Source: Macrostomum lignano (taxonomy: Eukaryota). From it: a DNA stretch of 64,000 nucleotides. Below the pieces are notes generated by a model. That model did no database searches and had not been told where the DNA came from. It saw nothing but the letters and a program-made list of their open reading frames with translations. The position numbers were made by a program, and so were the translations under genes. The DNA is taken from the NCBI GenBank assembly GCA_002269645.1, contig NIVC01002029.1, forward strand, positions 124,001-188,000, written 5' to 3'. Positions 62,525 to 64,000 of this stretch are shown here, piece after piece (the stretch's first letter is position 1; each line of letters starts with the position of its first letter).

Positions 62525-62809
62525 TTAGTTCATTATAACTCCACTGACAGTTTGAGTTGGAGCACTGCCATCCGCGCTGTTACTCGATGCATCCGCCTCT
62601 GTTTGTGGCATCCTAAAGATGGCCAGGCGGCGTTTCAAGTCGTAACTGAACAACGTCACCACTGCACCGTTGGTTGACCGGACGAAGAACACGTCTGTGT
62701 GCGCCACGAACTTGGCGCTCTCTCGACCGGAGCGCCAGACGCGCAGAGTCTGATCACGGGATCCGCTGATCACCGGGCTGGCCAGGTCGGTAAAGTGGCA
62801 GCAGCGGAT
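62525..62809 (-). CDS. WD40-repeat protein, probable last exon
   Basis: A 79-nt intron joins GHTDL to IRCCHFTDLASPVISGSRDQTLRVW, completing a WD40 repeat. Confidence 0.8.
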   Translation of the reverse strand: MRCCHFTDLASPVISGSRDQTLRVWRSGRESAKFVAHTDVFFVRSTNGAVVTLFSYDLKRRLAIFRMPQTEADASSNSADGSAPTQTVSGVIMN

Positions 62810-62888
62810 CTGGGGTAATTGTGCCGGGTAGAAAACTCCATTTTGGATTCGACTCGTTGGAATCAGCAAGTCGTCATAAAGCTCTCAC

Positions 62889-63140
62889 CAAATCCGTGTG
62901 CCCAGCGAGGATCTGCAGGCAGCTGTAGTCTTTGAGAGACCAGATTTTTAGCAGGCTGTCCAGCCCGCACGAGGCGAAGGCGTCGCCAGTCCTGTTGACT
63001 TTCAGTGCTACAATCTCGTGCTCGTGTGCTGACTTGATGATGGTCACGTGATGGAAGCGCAGTACGGAACCCTCGGACTCAACGCGTTGTCGAGCTTCCA
63101 GACGCGACATTTCCGGTACTGCAAACTCAACGTCCGCTGG
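62889..63140 (-). CDS. WD40-repeat protein exon
   Basis: AHEHEIVALKVNRTGDAFASCGLDSLLKIWSLKDYSCLQILAGHTDL is a canonical WD40 repeat. Phase 0-0. Confidence 0.85.
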
Positions 63141-63484
63141 CTGCGGGTGCAACAATTTTTAAAGAGTTTCTAAGGGTCTAAAATGCTCTTGCGAAAAATT
63201 ACGAAGCTTAGAGAGTTTTGAGATTCAACACGTTTGCTAAGATCTTATATGTCCTAAGGTACTAAAGGTCCCGAGGGTCCTGAAGGGAAAGCTTTACTTA
63301 ATTCTTGGTCGAAGGATCAAGAAAATCTAATAGAAGGATGCGAAGATCACTAAGCAGCTATACATATAAATAAAAGACCGACACAAATTAGTCGGACGGA
63401 AGCTCAGGCTATTGCTGAAGAGCTCAGACTAACGAGATCTAAAATAACTCAGAAAAAATCAATATGCACCAGGACCAATCTCAC

Positions 63485-63979
63485 CTTCCACAGGCAGATG
63501 GAGCCATAGACTAGTCCGAAGATTGCCAGCGATTCGCCAGTGAACACAACGCTCTCCTTGCGTGTCAGCACCTTCAGATTGAGGCCCAACGGTTTTGCAA
63601 CGCTGACAGCTTCGACTGCACCGTTTGTCGCCTCTGGCTGCTCCTCGAGAGACCAAACGCTGATAAAGATTCGAGGATTGACTCCGATAGCGTGTCGCGA
63701 GTCTGGCGTAAAGATAAGATGCACAGGTGTCTTGTCAATGCGAACGGAGCGCAAGTAGGCCAGGCTGGCAATGTCGTACAGGTGACAGTCGCATCCACCT
63801 GTCGCATTGTCGCTGCGCACGATCACCAGGCGCCGGGTGGCGCGAACCCGATTGCCGCTGTGGCGCAGGGTGCAGATTTGGCGCCGTTTTATCATGTGAA
63901 ATATGCGGATCTGGGGCCGCTCCCAGGAGCTGGAGTGGACCAGGTAAGCGGCGTAGCTATGCGATGGAATTATTCGCAC
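63485..63979 (-). CDS. WD40-repeat protein, internal exon (gene enters from beyond the window end)
   Basis: TTGCAG acceptor and GTGAGA donor, 165 codons. Beta-propeller-like segments (HLYDIAS, IFTPDSRHAI, GSICLWK). Confidence 0.7.
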
Positions 63980-64000
63980 CTGCAAGAGAGCATGGAGTTT

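Overview
Eukaryotic (animal) genomic DNA. It has GC-rich exons, AT-rich non-coding DNA, and roughly 40-45% of the window (estimated by eye) in about 30 distinct micro/minisatellite arrays. This style resembles the free-living flatworm Macrostomum, but that is an inference. Genes I could reconstruct with GT-AG splice sites and consistent phases: the 3' end of an importin-beta-like gene (+), a divergent nicastrin (+, 5 exons), a turtle/IGSF9-type receptor with 5 Ig, 2 FN3 and a TM segment (-, 7 exons over 23 kb), CDC6 (-, 4 exons), neuroguidin (-, 1 exon), NDUFS2 (-, 3 exons) and the 3' part of a WD40 gene (-). Mobile DNA: a hAT MITE with an 8-bp TSD, a deleted IS630/Tc1-mariner element with ~155-bp TIRs, a tRNA-headed CORE-SINE, a dead Merlin transposon, and a MITE with a 9-bp TSD. 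Three leads stand out. (1) An IGSF9 intron consists almost entirely of 24 tandem copies of its own 5' splice junction, 10 of them in frame. (2) The Merlin transposase appears to have been killed only by C->T/G->A changes, at CpG and also at CpA, a RIP-like signature in an animal. (3) NDUFS2-NGDN-CDC6 form a tightly packed co-oriented cluster with operon/trans-splicing architecture. No CRISPR array or bacterial system is present. The very long ORFs in the track are tandem-repeat artefacts.
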